64,000 nt of DNA from Clostridium cadaveris. GTDB taxonomy: Bacteria; Bacillota; Clostridia; Clostridiales; Clostridiaceae. Position numbers and translations under genes: made by a program. The notes under the pieces are model-generated. The model saw only the letters and a list, made by a program, of their open reading frames with translations, was not told the origin of the DNA and ran no database searches. This document shows, piece after piece, positions 1 through 10,038 of the stretch; position 1 is the stretch's first letter, and the number at the start of each line of letters is the position of its first letter. The stretch lies in NCBI RefSeq assembly GCF_039521325.1, contig NZ_BAAACD010000016.1. One strand, 5' to 3'.

Positions 1-1826
1 ATATTAACTACCTTATCGCCTTTTTTGCCGTAAGATTTTACAACAGCTTCTTTTAGATATTTTACTGCATCATCTATTGGAATTATATTTGTCAGTTTAA
101 AGAAAGCGGACTGCATTATCATATTTATTCTTCCACCAAGTCCGATTCTTTGTGCAATATCTACAGCATTGATGGTATAAAAATCTATATTATTTTCAGC
201 TATATATCTCTTTAAATTACCTGGCAGATGTTCTCCAAGTTCTTCTGCTGACCATATAGTGTTGAGCAGGAACTTTCCGTTTTTCTTTAATCCATCTAGT
301 AAATCATATGTATAAACATATGACTGCTTATGGCAAGCTACAAAATCCGCTTTATCTATTTCATAATGAGATTTTATAGGACTATCACCAAATCTCAAGT
401 GGGAAATAGTTATTCCTCCTGATTTTCTAGAATCATAAGAGAAATAGCCTTGAGCATACATGTCAGTATGGTCTCCTATTATCTTTATAGCGCTCTTGTT
501 AGCTCCAACAGTTCCATCTGATCCTAATCCCCAGAACTTACATGCTGTTGTGCCTGATGGTGCTGCATCTATTTCTTCCTTTGAATTTAATGATAAATTT
601 GTTACGTCATCTATTATTCCTATAGTGAATCTTTCTTTTGGTTTGTCAGCTTTTAAATTATCATAAACTGCTAATATATGAGATGGTGTTGGGTCTTTTG
701 ACCCTAATCCAAACCTTCCTCCTACAATTAATGGAGCATTTTCTTTGCCATAAAAAGTCTTTATAACATCAAGATATAAAGGTTCTCCTATAGCTCCAGG
801 TTCTTTTGTTCTATCAAGGACAGCAATCTTTTTAACTGTCTTTGGTATAACTTTTAGAAGTCTTTCCATAGAAAATGGTCTATATAATCTAACCTTGACT
901 AAACCAACCTTTTCTCCTCTAGCTCGCAAATAATCTATAGTCTCTTCCACAACTTCCATCACTGCACCCATAGCTATTATGATTCTATCTGCCTCTGGAT
1001 CTCCATAATAGTCAAAACAGTGATATTCTCTTCCTGTAATTTTAGTTATTTCATTCATATATTGCTCTACTATCTCTGGAATATCGTCGTAGTGTTTATT
1101 TATAGATTCACACATTTGGAAGTATACATCTGGATTTTGAGCTGTTCCCCTTGTAACTGGGTGGCTAGGATTTAAAGCACTATCTCTAAAGTTTTGAAGT
1201 GCATCATAATCTACTAGCTTTGCTAAATGTTCTTGATCTATTACCTCTATCTTTTGTATCTCATGAGAAATTCTAAATCCATCAAAGAAATTTAAAAAAG
1301 GCATTCTGCATTTTATAGCAGTAAGATGAGCTACTGCAGATAAGTCCATAACTTCTTGAACAGAACCATCTGATAACATAGCAAATCCAGTCTGTCTTGC
1401 TGCCATCACGTCTTGATGATCTCCAAATATACTTAAGGATGATGTTGCCAAAGCTCTTGCTGCTACATGAATTACAGCTGGAAGTCTTTCTCCCACCATC
1501 TTATACATATTAGGTATCATAAGAAGTAATCCTTGAGATGCTGTATAGGTAGTTGATAAAGCTCCTCCTTGCAAAGAACCGTGAAGAGCTCCTGCTGCTC
1601 CTGCTTCAGATTGCATTTCTACTACTTTTACAGGCTCTCCAAAAATATTCTTCTTTCCTTGAGCTGCCCATTCATCTACTACTTCTGCCATTGGGCTTGA
1701 TGGAGTTATAGGATATATGGATGCTACTTCTGTAAATGCATAAGAAACATATGCTGCAGCAGTATTTCCATCCATGCTTTTCATCTGTTTCATATCTTCC
1801 CTTCCTTCCTCATAGGTTTTATTCAT
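1..1826 (-). CDS. nifJ: Pyruvate:ferredoxin (flavodoxin) oxidoreductase; 5' part of the gene with N-terminal region and start at 1826; 3' end of the gene runs past the window start
   Basis: Minus-strand translation from ATG 1824-1826 gives MNKTYEEGREDMKQMKSMDGNTAAAYVSYAFTEVASIYPITPSSPMAEVVDEWAAQGKKNIFGEPVKVVEMQSEAGAAGALHGSLQGG…, the typical PFOR N-terminus. The open frame continues to the window edge. Absent from the ORF track because it is open-ended. Confidence 0.85.
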   Translation of the reverse strand, partial: MNKTYEEGREDMKQMKSMDGNTAAAYVSYAFTEVASIYPITPSSPMAEVVDEWAAQGKKNIFGEPVKVVEMQSEAGAAGALHGSLQGGALSTTYTASQGLLLMIPNMYKMVGERLPAVIHVAARALATSSLSIFGDHQDVMAARQTGFAMLSDGSVQEVMDLSAVAHLTAIKCRMPFLNFFDGFRISHEIQKIEVIDQEHLAKLVDYDALQNFRDSALNPSHPVTRGTAQNPDVYFQMCESINKHYDDIPEIVEQYMNEITKITGREYHCFDYYGDPEADRIIIAMGAVMEVVEETIDYLRARGEKVGLVKVRLYRPFSMERLLKVIPKTVKKIAVLDRTKEPGAIGEPLYLDVIKTFYGKENAPLIVGGRFGLGSKDPTPSHILAVYDNLKADKPKERFTIGIIDDVTNLSLNSKEEIDAAPSGTTACKFWGLGSDGTVGANKSAIKIIGDHTDMYAQGYFSYDSRKSGGITISHLRFGDSPIKSHYEIDKADFVACHKQSYVYTYDLLDGLKKNGKFLLNTIWSAEELGEHLPGNLKRYIAENNIDFYTINAVDIAQRIGLGGRINMIMQSAFFKLTNIIPIDDAVKYLKEAVVKSYGKKGDKVVN

Positions 1827-1894
1827 TATTTTTAAATTACTATAATTTATACTTTTTATATTATGTGTAAATATAAAAATAAATATTATTTTAT

Positions 1895-1930
1895 ATAAAA
1901 AATACCCAATCTTCTGAGAAGATTGGGTAA
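1895..1930 (-). terminator. Rho-independent terminator-like hairpin downstream of the small minus-strand ORF
   Basis: Perfect 11-bp inverted repeat acccaatcttc/tga/gaagattgggt (1904-1928), followed by a T-run on the minus strand. Confidence 0.5.
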
Positions 1931-1942
1931 GAAATTTTTAAA

Positions 1943-2080
1943 TTATTCTATTGGTTCTCCATTAAAATTCTTATATTCAGGTTTATTTTTAGGATCACCT
2001 ACATTATTTTGATCTGCATGGAGCTTTTGTCTTCTTTTACCTTTTTGTACTCGGTTGCATGCGCCAGGTTTGTTTACCAT
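1943..2080 (-). CDS. Small hypothetical protein (45 aa)
   Basis: ATG preceded by AGAAAGGA. Translation MVNKPGACNRVQKGKRRQKLHADQNNVGDPKNKPEYKNFNGEPIE. Terminator hairpin immediately downstream. Function unknown. Confidence 0.35.
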   Translation of the reverse strand: MVNKPGACNRVQKGKRRQKLHADQNNVGDPKNKPEYKNFNGEPIE

Positions 2081-2113
2081 ATACAACACATCCTTTCTCT
2101 AATATTTTGCTAC

Positions 2114-2722
2114 CTAATTAGAATTTTTATGTGTGGCAATATGAGTAATTAGAATGCTAATTGCTTCCTCGCTATGTCTACAAATATCTTTTGAACTTAT
2201 AGTTATTTTTGATCCACTTTCTATATCTATACCACAAATATCACTTTTTTCTTTTAAGAACCAATCTTTATATTCACTAAAAGGAACCTTCACTATTTTT
2301 TCTACTTCTTGATTTGTCTTAAAATCTAATTCTTTATTAGTTTTATAAATAAAGATTCTACAAAGTTCATTATCATAATATCCTTTGCATTTTAAATGTT
2401 CTATAGCATAACCAAGATATTTTAAATCTTTCAATTCAGCTTTTAATCCTATTTCTTCTTCTATTTCACGAAGAACGCTCAGTTCTGGCTCTTCACCTGA
2501 ACTCACATGTCCAGCCACAGATATATCGTATAAACCTGCAAACTCATTCTTTAAAAAAGATCTTTGCTGCAGATAAATCCATGGTTCATCATCGTGTACA
2601 TCAACAATCCAGCAATGAACTACTTCGTGTAATAGTTCTTTTTGGTGTGCTTCATTTCTTTCAATGTCATCTATATATTCTAAATTTAAATCATATATCT
2701 TTAGCATCTCTTTTTCTTCCAT
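2114..2722 (-). CDS. NUDIX hydrolase
   Basis: Nudix box GHVSSGEEPELSVLREIEEEIGL present in the 202-aa ORF. Confidence 0.8.
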   Translation of the reverse strand: MEEKEMLKIYDLNLEYIDDIERNEAHQKELLHEVVHCWIVDVHDDEPWIYLQQRSFLKNEFAGLYDISVAGHVSSGEEPELSVLREIEEEIGLKAELKDLKYLGYAIEHLKCKGYYDNELCRIFIYKTNKELDFKTNQEVEKIVKVPFSEYKDWFLKEKSDICGIDIESGSKITISSKDICRHSEEAISILITHIATHKNSN

Positions 2723-2938
2723 AAAAATTCTCCTTATCTATCTTTAAATGTCTGATTATAACAAATATTTTATCATACCATATGCTCCAATATTATCTAA
2801 ATAATTAAATTATATTTCTATATTTTAATTATAAACATTTTACCCTTAACATTCTTGCTTTCATAAATAATATTTTTTTATTCTGCGGAGAAACTACTAT
2901 AGAAGGAATCCAAATATTTAATGAGGGAGGAATTCTAA

Positions 2939-3109
2939 ATGGATAATAATAAAAATAGAATAAAAGATCGTCCAAAATCTAATGCTGAAATGAGAAAAAT
3001 GTATGCTGAAGCTGGCTCAGAAATAGCCATAGAGCATGGTGAAAAAAGAGGTTCCAATGTAAGCGGAAAGAAATTCACAAAGAGATCAAAATTATCTCAT
3101 AATAAATAG
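2939..3109 (+). CDS. Small basic hypothetical protein (56 aa), possibly spore-associated
   Basis: GGAGG RBS 8 nt upstream of ATG. Translation MDNNKNRIKDRPKSNAEMRKMYAEAGSEIAIEHGEKRGSNVSGKKFTKRSKLSHNK. Immediately followed by a second small ORF with its own RBS. Confidence 0.45.
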   Translation: MDNNKNRIKDRPKSNAEMRKMYAEAGSEIAIEHGEKRGSNVSGKKFTKRSKLSHNK

Positions 3110-3120
3110 GAGGGATAGTA

Positions 3121-3282
3121 ATGAGTGATCATAAATGCTGCGGATGTGATTGTGAAAATAAACATAAAAAAGCTCACGCTGATATTACATCACCAAATTA
3201 TCAACATGAAGTAAATAGTAAAGCTCATAATAAAAGTCCTTATGGAAAGGAAGAACCATCTACTCATACTACTTATAAATAA
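3121..3282 (+). CDS. Small Cys/His-rich hypothetical protein (53 aa)
   Basis: AGGAGGGA RBS precedes the ATG. Translation MSDHKCCGCDCENKHKKAHADITSPNYQHEVNSKAHNKSPYGKEEPSTHTTYK. Forms a two-gene micro-operon with 2939-3109. Confidence 0.45.
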   Translation: MSDHKCCGCDCENKHKKAHADITSPNYQHEVNSKAHNKSPYGKEEPSTHTTYK

Positions 3283-3392
3283 GTGAAGAGTTACGTAGTG
3301 AAAAATGAAGAGTTACGCAAAGAATAGTATAGCTAGATAATTTAAAGTTGGTTATATGATAAATAAATAGATTAATGTTTAAACAATAAAAA

Positions 3393-3440
3393 TCCTATAA
3401 ACTTAACATTTAAATGCTGAGTTTATAGGATTTTATAATA
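3393..3440 (+). terminator. Hairpin downstream of the small-protein pair
   Basis: 12-bp inverted repeat atcctataaact…agtttataggat with a large loop, followed by tttata. Confidence 0.3.
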
Positions 3441-3524
3441 CTATATTTAATTAACTTTTTATACAAAATATGTTATCATTATATTAAATCTCAAAAATTA
3501 ATTTTTCATAAAATTCTTAAGGGG

Positions 3525-3731
3525 TTGATTAATATCAATAATTCAATGAGAGATTTAATAGATGTAATTGTTGGATGTACTACATTGATCTGCGGTTCCA
3601 TACTTATTATTGTTTTTTGGCCTATAGCAATATTAGTTTTGTTACTAGGGCTTCTCCTTTTGATGGGGGATTTAAGCTTATATGACGTTAGAAAAAAATA
3701 TGAAGTTAAAAATAAAGATACTGAAACTTAG
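3525..3731 (+). CDS. Hypothetical small membrane protein
   Basis: 68-aa ORF with a hydrophobic core (ILIIVFWPIAILVLLLGLLLLMG). No clear RBS. Confidence 0.3.
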   Translation: MININNSMRDLIDVIVGCTTLICGSILIIVFWPIAILVLLLGLLLLMGDLSLYDVRKKYEVKNKDTET

Positions 3732-3814
3732 TTGTTTTCAAATATACAATTAATCTTTATAAATTAGAATAAAAAATATAACTGGAAATATTTATTTCCA
3801 GTTATATTTTTTAT

Positions 3815-4516
3815 TTAAGAATTTAATTTAGTTTCTTGGTTCTTTAATTTTCCATCCTCAAGAATTATTGTTCTATGACATGAAGCTGCTACATTAGGAT
3901 CATGTGTTACTATTATTATAGTCTTTCCTTGACTATTTAATTTTTTTAATATGTCCATTATTTCATGACCTGTCTTTTGATCTAATGCTCCTGTAGGTTC
4001 ATCTGCAAGTATAACTTTAGGATTGTTTACTATAGCTCTAGCTATAGCTACTCTTTGACATTGACCACCTGATAGTTCATTAGGATGTTTATGAATTTTA
4101 TGTTCTATTCCTAACTTACATAGCGTCTCCTTAATTCTTTCTTTTTTATTGGAAACCTTAGTCTTATTATAAACTAAAGGAATTTCAACATTTTCATAGA
4201 CCGAGTAGCTATCTATCAAAGCAAAATACTGTACTACAAAACCAAAAGCTGAGTTTCTCAATTCTGCAAGGTCATTTTTACTATATTCATCTATCCTTTT
4301 GTCATCAAAATAATATTCCCCATCTGTTTTTTTGTCTAAGCATCCTATTATATTTAAAAGAGTGGATTTTCCTGAACCTGAAGTTCCCATAATTGCAACC
4401 ATTTCTCCACTATCTATTGTCAAACTTACATTGTTAAGTGCTTTAGTTTGAGCATCATCTTTCCCATAAAATCTACATATATTTTTAAGTTCAATTAGAC
4501 TCATTTTACTCACCAC
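3815..4516 (-). CDS. ABC transporter ATP-binding protein (MacB/LolD-type)
   Basis: Walker A GTSGSGKST, ABC signature LSGGQCQRVAIARA and Walker B ILADEPTGALD. Confidence 0.9.
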   Translation of the reverse strand: MVSKMSLIELKNICRFYGKDDAQTKALNNVSLTIDSGEMVAIMGTSGSGKSTLLNIIGCLDKKTDGEYYFDDKRIDEYSKNDLAELRNSAFGFVVQYFALIDSYSVYENVEIPLVYNKTKVSNKKERIKETLCKLGIEHKIHKHPNELSGGQCQRVAIARAIVNNPKVILADEPTGALDQKTGHEIMDILKKLNSQGKTIIIVTHDPNVAASCHRTIILEDGKLKNQETKLNS

Positions 4517-5789
4517 TCCTAATCAATTCATTAACATTAAGCTTTTTTATAGTCTTTATTGGTATGATACTAATTATAATATCTATTACAAACATTATAA
4601 TTAATATATATATAATAAACTTATAATTTATAGTTGAATATTTAGCTTTAATAAATCCAAAGGAAGCTATTCCACCTATACACATAATCATAAAATTCTG
4701 TATAAACAAGGTCAGAGATACATCATTTAAAGTAGCTCCACTTAAAATATGCACACCTATTTGGCTTTTTTCTCGTTTTATGCTATACATCATAGAGCTT
4801 GTTATTCCAATTGATAAAAATAGCGTTACTATTATTGATAATGTTTCTGAATTTTTCTTCTGAGCCAAAAGCATTTCCTTATTAAGAGCAAGATATTTGT
4901 CAGCAGTGGTGATCTCTTGTTTTCCTATCTTAAGCTCACTAAATTTATTGTTTATATCATCTACAATAGATTTAATTTCTTCATCACTCTTAGAAGCATC
5001 AAATAAAAAATATGAAGTATTAAAAAAATTAAATACTTGTGTATTATAAGTTGTCATAAGTTCACTCTTTGGTAATTTATCTAAATCAATAAAGGGTTTT
5101 ACAATACTTGAATTAAGATTCAAAAAACTAGCATTAGTATTTATTTTATATAAAAGAGAAGTATCTTCTTCAAGTATTCCTCTAACTATATATTTCTTAA
5201 TTTTTGAGGTTACATAATCAAAGTATGTAATCGTATCCCCTGGTTTATATTTACCATTATAATCATATCCTAAAATTACTGGCATCATATCTTGTATATC
5301 TTCAAAATCCTTGTCTTCAAACCCGCTGCCAGACATAAGCTTCATTTTAAATTGCTTATTCATATCCTTATCTATATTAAAACCCTTAACTGCTAGATAT
5401 TCATTATTATCAATAACTTTACTTGAAGGATTAGCTATAAAATTATCCATATTTTTAAATTTTTTCATCATAGAAAAATCATCATCAAGATAAAAATGAA
5501 TAAAGTCCCCCTCCTTTACTGTTTTATATGCTTCTAATATTCTATCTGGAGTTATAGTTCCATCAAAAAATCTGTAATGAAATTCTCCTGAGTTTTTCAT
5601 GTACCATGCTTTTTTCCCATTAAAAACATTAAGAATTTTATCTGCTTCATCAGATATCTTTTTATTAACATCCATAACTGAATAGAAAAGGAAACATATT
5701 GCTGCTGCCTGAATCATTATTATAAAGTTTATTAACATTTTCTTGCTTATATTAAGATATGCATACTTAAATATTTTCACATCACACAT
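4506..5789 (-). CDS. ABC transporter permease, FtsX-like
   Basis: Overlaps the ATPase gene. N-terminal TM helix, large extracytoplasmic domain and a C-terminal cluster of TM helices typical of the FtsX/MacB family. Confidence 0.7.
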   Translation of the reverse strand: MCDVKIFKYAYLNISKKMLINFIIMIQAAAICFLFYSVMDVNKKISDEADKILNVFNGKKAWYMKNSGEFHYRFFDGTITPDRILEAYKTVKEGDFIHFYLDDDFSMMKKFKNMDNFIANPSSKVIDNNEYLAVKGFNIDKDMNKQFKMKLMSGSGFEDKDFEDIQDMMPVILGYDYNGKYKPGDTITYFDYVTSKIKKYIVRGILEEDTSLLYKINTNASFLNLNSSIVKPFIDLDKLPKSELMTTYNTQVFNFFNTSYFLFDASKSDEEIKSIVDDINNKFSELKIGKQEITTADKYLALNKEMLLAQKKNSETLSIIVTLFLSIGITSSMMYSIKREKSQIGVHILSGATLNDVSLTLFIQNFMIMCIGGIASFGFIKAKYSTINYKFIIYILIIMFVIDIIISIIPIKTIKKLNVNELIRSGE

Positions 5790-6870
5790 CTCCCCTCATA
5801 ATGTTGTTTACTTGAATCTTATTTATTTCTCTGATTGATATAAGAAGCAGTATTGATGAAAAAATAAAAGAAAATATGGTGATTGCTACAAAATTTAAAA
5901 ATGCGATATTTCCAGATATATCAAAGATATCAGATTTAATTAATATGCCCTGGATTAAAAGAGCCACAAGTGAGGAGAATAATGAAATCTCCATATATTC
6001 CTTAAACACCAATTTATATATCTGATTATCACTTGCTCCAAATGCTTTTCTAACTCCAATTTCTTTAATCCTCTCCCCTATCCATTGTTTAACTATTATA
6101 AATATATTTAAAGCTATTACGATTGCAAAGCATCCAAAATATGTAGTGATATTGCTCGTCCCTTTCAGTGCTGTCTTAATAGGATTAGGTTGTATATTGT
6201 GCTTTGACACCGTAAATCTTGTATTACTATTCTTACCCATAGATTCATTTGCTTTATCTATCACCTCATATAAATCTGATGATTTATCCTTGCTACTTAG
6301 ATACCATCCATTTGAAACCTTAGGATATTGATTGGTATTATAAAAATCTTTTAAATTAAAAATTAAAGTGTAATCAAGCATTTTTTGTTTTTTCTCATCA
6401 CCCATAACCCCTATTACCTTACACCTTTTCTCATTAAAAAAAATATATTCATCTTCTCCTTGCTTTTCAACCTTATCTAATAGTCCTTTACCTATGACAA
6501 CTAAACTTTCCTTATATTCAGTTGAAAAATCATCTTTAGTAAAAAATCTCCCTCTTATAAGTGATGGGACTACTTTTAAATTTTCATTTAAATATATTCC
6601 ATTAGCAGAATAAGATTGACCAGGCATTCTTGTATTAAATAAATTATATCTACCATTATCCATAATAGAAGTAATGACTTCTTTATAAGAAGTTTCAAAA
6701 TCATCTATACTAAGTTCAATACAGTTATTTCCAATATAATATTCATTTTCATATGCTAGCTCTGAAAAATTTTTAACCTTTGATAAGCCTAACGAGAAAA
6801 ATAGGCTAATAGCCATAAGTATAAGAATTAAAATAAAATTTTGAGAGATCCACCTTAAAAACTTTCTCAT
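5782..6870 (-). CDS. ABC transporter permease, FtsX-like
   Basis: Same architecture as the neighbouring permease. The C-terminal FtsX-like TM region contains KAFGASDNQIYKLVFKE. Overlaps the downstream gene. Confidence 0.7.
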   Translation of the reverse strand: MRKFLRWISQNFILILILMAISLFFSLGLSKVKNFSELAYENEYYIGNNCIELSIDDFETSYKEVITSIMDNGRYNLFNTRMPGQSYSANGIYLNENLKVVPSLIRGRFFTKDDFSTEYKESLVVIGKGLLDKVEKQGEDEYIFFNEKRCKVIGVMGDEKKQKMLDYTLIFNLKDFYNTNQYPKVSNGWYLSSKDKSSDLYEVIDKANESMGKNSNTRFTVSKHNIQPNPIKTALKGTSNITTYFGCFAIVIALNIFIIVKQWIGERIKEIGVRKAFGASDNQIYKLVFKEYMEISLFSSLVALLIQGILIKSDIFDISGNIAFLNFVAITIFSFIFSSILLLISIREINKIQVNNIMRGDV

Positions 6871-7097
6871 AATCTTCTCCTCTCATAAGAAATGTATACA
6901 GCTTAATTTTCACTTAATTTTAATATTTTTAAGTTACCTACAATTTACATTCTACATTTTAAATATTTCACCTTCTAAATCTTAAAATATTTATCTATAT
7001 TTTTACTTATTTAGATTGTGTTTCCTATTTTGTGTTTTAAAAAGGACAACTTTACTTAACATAAAGTTGTCCTTAATTTTTATAAACTATATGATAT

Positions 7098-7688
7098 TTA
7101 TTCTATTTCATTCTTAGAAAACTTAACAGTCAATGCAATTACTGCATCATGACCTTTTAGTCTTTCTGGCTCATAAAAACTTTCTCCCGAGAAGCTCATA
7201 ACCTTAGTTGACTTTGTTATAACTTGAATTGCTAAAGGAATTTCTTTTTCATGTTCAATGTCTGCTTTATCATTCCACCAAATACTTCTGATTTTCTTAT
7301 CGGCATCAAGGTATAAATCTGAATTTGATTTAAACATGCTTATTCCATTCTTTTCTTCAAGACTTACCTGTAATCTTTCACTTTCATCTTTCAATATACC
7401 AATAGTACCTTTAAAAGAATCTAAATTTGCCCCAATACCTCCATTGTTTTCCCATTTAAGATTTTCATCTAAAAAATAAAGATTAACATAAATAGCTTTT
7501 GCACCTTTGTCTACGTTGTAATCATATATTTTACTTTTATCATCAAGTCCCATGAGTTTTAAGACATTAGTTTCTTCTTTTGTTAAGGTTCTTTGTTTTA
7601 TTTGTCCTACACAATTAAGATTTATTTTACAAGATGAGAATATAAAGATACAAAGAAAAATAAAGACTATGTTGATAAATTTTTTCAT
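7098..7688 (-). CDS. Hypothetical lipoprotein
   Basis: Start placed at MKKFINIVFIFLCIFIFSSC (lipobox FSSC), preceded by a GAGGAGAT RBS. The ORF track extends 9 codons further upstream. Confidence 0.6.
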   Translation of the reverse strand: MKKFINIVFIFLCIFIFSSCKINLNCVGQIKQRTLTKEETNVLKLMGLDDKSKIYDYNVDKGAKAIYVNLYFLDENLKWENNGGIGANLDSFKGTIGILKDESERLQVSLEEKNGISMFKSNSDLYLDADKKIRSIWWNDKADIEHEKEIPLAIQVITKSTKVMSFSGESFYEPERLKGHDAVIALTVKFSKNEIE

Positions 7689-7770
7689 TATAAAATCTCC
7701 TCTAACAAAAATCATTTACTCCTTATATTCATTATATTAATTACATATATATCCATCAACATATTCCATT

Positions 7771-8664
7771 TTAATTTTCTAATCTTTCATCAAAAATTTC
7801 TAAGAACTTTGTGGATGCAGGGGATAACGGAACACTCTTTAAAAAACATATCCCTATGCTCCTTTTAGGAATAGAAGCCTTTAACGGAACCTCATAAATT
7901 ATATTTTTTTCCAGATATTCTTTTGAAAATTCTCTTATAACACAAGCTATTCCTAAGTTTATCTTCGTAAACTCCAATAGAAGATCATATGATCCTAGCT
8001 CTATTTCAGGATTTATAGAAATTCCATTAGATAAAAGATACTTTTCTATGTACTGTCGTGAGAGAGATTTGGATTCTAAAAGTATAAGTGGGAACTTTGA
8101 TAGTTCTTTAAAACTTATTGGCTTTTGAAATTTATTTTTATATTTTTCGCCACATACAAATATATCTTGTATTTCCATACACTGTTTTGTCTCTAGAGCT
8201 GAATCAGTTATAGGCAAATTACATATAGCAATATCTATTTCTCCACTTTTTACTATGGAACAAAGTTCCAATGTAGTTGCATTGATTATTTTAAATTTTA
8301 TGTTTGGATATCTCTTATGAAATTCTTCTAAATAAGGCATTAGAAAATATTTTGATATAGTATCACCTACACCTATCTTTAAATCTCCAATTAAAAGGTT
8401 TCTTGCTTCAAGAAGTTTTTCCTCTCCAGTATTTATTAAATTAATAGCTGAATTAGCATATTCATATATGAGTTTTCCTTCATTAGTCAAAATAACTCCC
8501 TTTGAAGTTCTAGTGAAAAGTCTTATTTCAAGTTCATCTTCAAGCTGCATTATAGATTGACTTACTGCAGGCTGTGTCATATATAATTCCTTTGCTGCTT
8601 TTGAAAAGCTTTTATGTTTTCCAACCATACAAAACACTTTGTACAAATCTAATTTACTAGCCAT
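7771..8664 (-). CDS. LysR family transcriptional regulator
   Basis: N-terminal HTH (FSKAAKELYMTQPAVSQSIMQLEDELEIRLF) and a LysR substrate-binding domain. Confidence 0.85.
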   Translation of the reverse strand: MASKLDLYKVFCMVGKHKSFSKAAKELYMTQPAVSQSIMQLEDELEIRLFTRTSKGVILTNEGKLIYEYANSAINLINTGEEKLLEARNLLIGDLKIGVGDTISKYFLMPYLEEFHKRYPNIKFKIINATTLELCSIVKSGEIDIAICNLPITDSALETKQCMEIQDIFVCGEKYKNKFQKPISFKELSKFPLILLESKSLSRQYIEKYLLSNGISINPEIELGSYDLLLEFTKINLGIACVIREFSKEYLEKNIIYEVPLKASIPKRSIGICFLKSVPLSPASTKFLEIFDERLEN

Positions 8665-8782
8665 ATAAGCACTCCTTATATCTATTATTATATCTATTTA
8701 TTTTACTTATAACACTAAAATGAGGTATATTACAAGAGTGAGATAAAAATATTTTAATTTTCATTCAAAAGGAGAGATAACA

Positions 8783-9973
8783 TTGGAAAGAGTAGTTGGA
8801 ACTGTTGTTAGAGGACTTCGTTGCCCAATCATAAATGAAGGAGATGACATAGCTCAAATCGTTTTTGACAGCGTAATGAAAGCTTCAGAAGTTGAAGGTT
8901 TTTCAATAAACGATAAGGATGTAGTTACTGTAACTGAATCTGTAGTTGCTCGTGCTCAAGGAAACTATGCAACTATCGATAATATAGCTAAAGATGTCAA
9001 TGCAAAATTCGGTGATGATACTGTAGGAGTTATATTCCCAATACTAAGCCGTAACAGATTTGCTATCTGTCTTCGTGGAATTGCAAAGGGCGTTAAGAAA
9101 GTAGTTTTAATGCTTAGCTATCCGTCTGACGAAGTTGGTAATCACTTAGTAGATATAGATTTACTTGATGAAAAAGGAGTAAATCCTTGGACAGATGTTC
9201 TAACAGAAAAACAATTCCGTGATTTATTCGGATACAATAAACATACTTTTACTGGTGTTGATTATATAGACTACTACAAATCTCTAATTGAAAGCTATGG
9301 AGTAGAGTGTGAGGTTATATTCTCAAACAATCCTAAGACTATATTAGAGTATACTAAGAGTGTTCTTACTTGTGATATCCATACAAGATTTAGAAGTAAG
9401 AGAATACTAAAGGCAAATGGCGGAGAAAAAGTGTATAGCCTTGATGAAATATTAACTGAATCTATTGATGGAAGTGGATTTAATGAATCTTATGGTTTAC
9501 TAGGTTCAAATAAGGCAACTGAAGAAAGCGTTAAGCTTTTCCCACGTCAGTGTCAGCCAGTTGTAGATAAGATACAAGCTATGTTAAAAGAAAAGACAGG
9601 TAAAACTGTTGAAGTTATGATATATGGAGATGGAGCCTTCAAAGATCCAGTGGGTAAGATTTGGGAACTTGCTGACCCAGTTGTTTCACCAGCTTACACT
9701 GAAGGACTTGATGGAACTCCAAATGAAGTTAAATTAAAGTATCTTGCTGATAATGAATTTGCAAATCTTAGAGGTGAAGAATTAAAGACTGCAATTTCTG
9801 AGTATATCAAGCATAAGGATGCTGACCTTGTAGGATCTATGGCAGCTCAAGGAACAACACCAAGAAGACTTACTGATCTTATAGGTTCTTTATCAGACCT
9901 TACATCTGGAAGTGGGGATAAGGGAACACCAATAATATTCATACAAGGATATTTTGATAATTATACAAAATAG
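8783..9973 (+). CDS. CofE-like (F420-0:gamma-glutamyl ligase family) protein
   Basis: 396 aa. N-terminal region resembles CofE/FbiB-like ligases (…TESVVARAQGN…). Exact substrate unknown. Confidence 0.5.
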   Translation: MERVVGTVVRGLRCPIINEGDDIAQIVFDSVMKASEVEGFSINDKDVVTVTESVVARAQGNYATIDNIAKDVNAKFGDDTVGVIFPILSRNRFAICLRGIAKGVKKVVLMLSYPSDEVGNHLVDIDLLDEKGVNPWTDVLTEKQFRDLFGYNKHTFTGVDYIDYYKSLIESYGVECEVIFSNNPKTILEYTKSVLTCDIHTRFRSKRILKANGGEKVYSLDEILTESIDGSGFNESYGLLGSNKATEESVKLFPRQCQPVVDKIQAMLKEKTGKTVEVMIYGDGAFKDPVGKIWELADPVVSPAYTEGLDGTPNEVKLKYLADNEFANLRGEELKTAISEYIKHKDADLVGSMAAQGTTPRRLTDLIGSLSDLTSGSGDKGTPIIFIQGYFDNYTK

Positions 9974-9996
9974 AAAAACCTCAAATCTCAACAAAA

Positions 9997-10032
9997 ATAA
10001 CCATCCTCAGTAATGAGGGTGGTTATTTTTTT
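9997..10032. terminator. Bidirectional rho-independent terminator between convergent genes
   Basis: 12-bp stem auaaccauccuc / loop aguaa / gagggugguuau with one G-U pair, followed by TTTTTTT. Confidence 0.7.
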
Positions 10033-10038
10033 ATATTT

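Noticed and set aside
5311-5493. Short ORFs antisense to large genes (for example 5311-5493, 6146-6331, 10329-10887, 15081-15275, 15728-16093 and 47296-48474)
   Set aside because: They lie wholly inside and antisense to well-supported coding regions and lack RBSs. They are typical AT-rich antisense artefacts.
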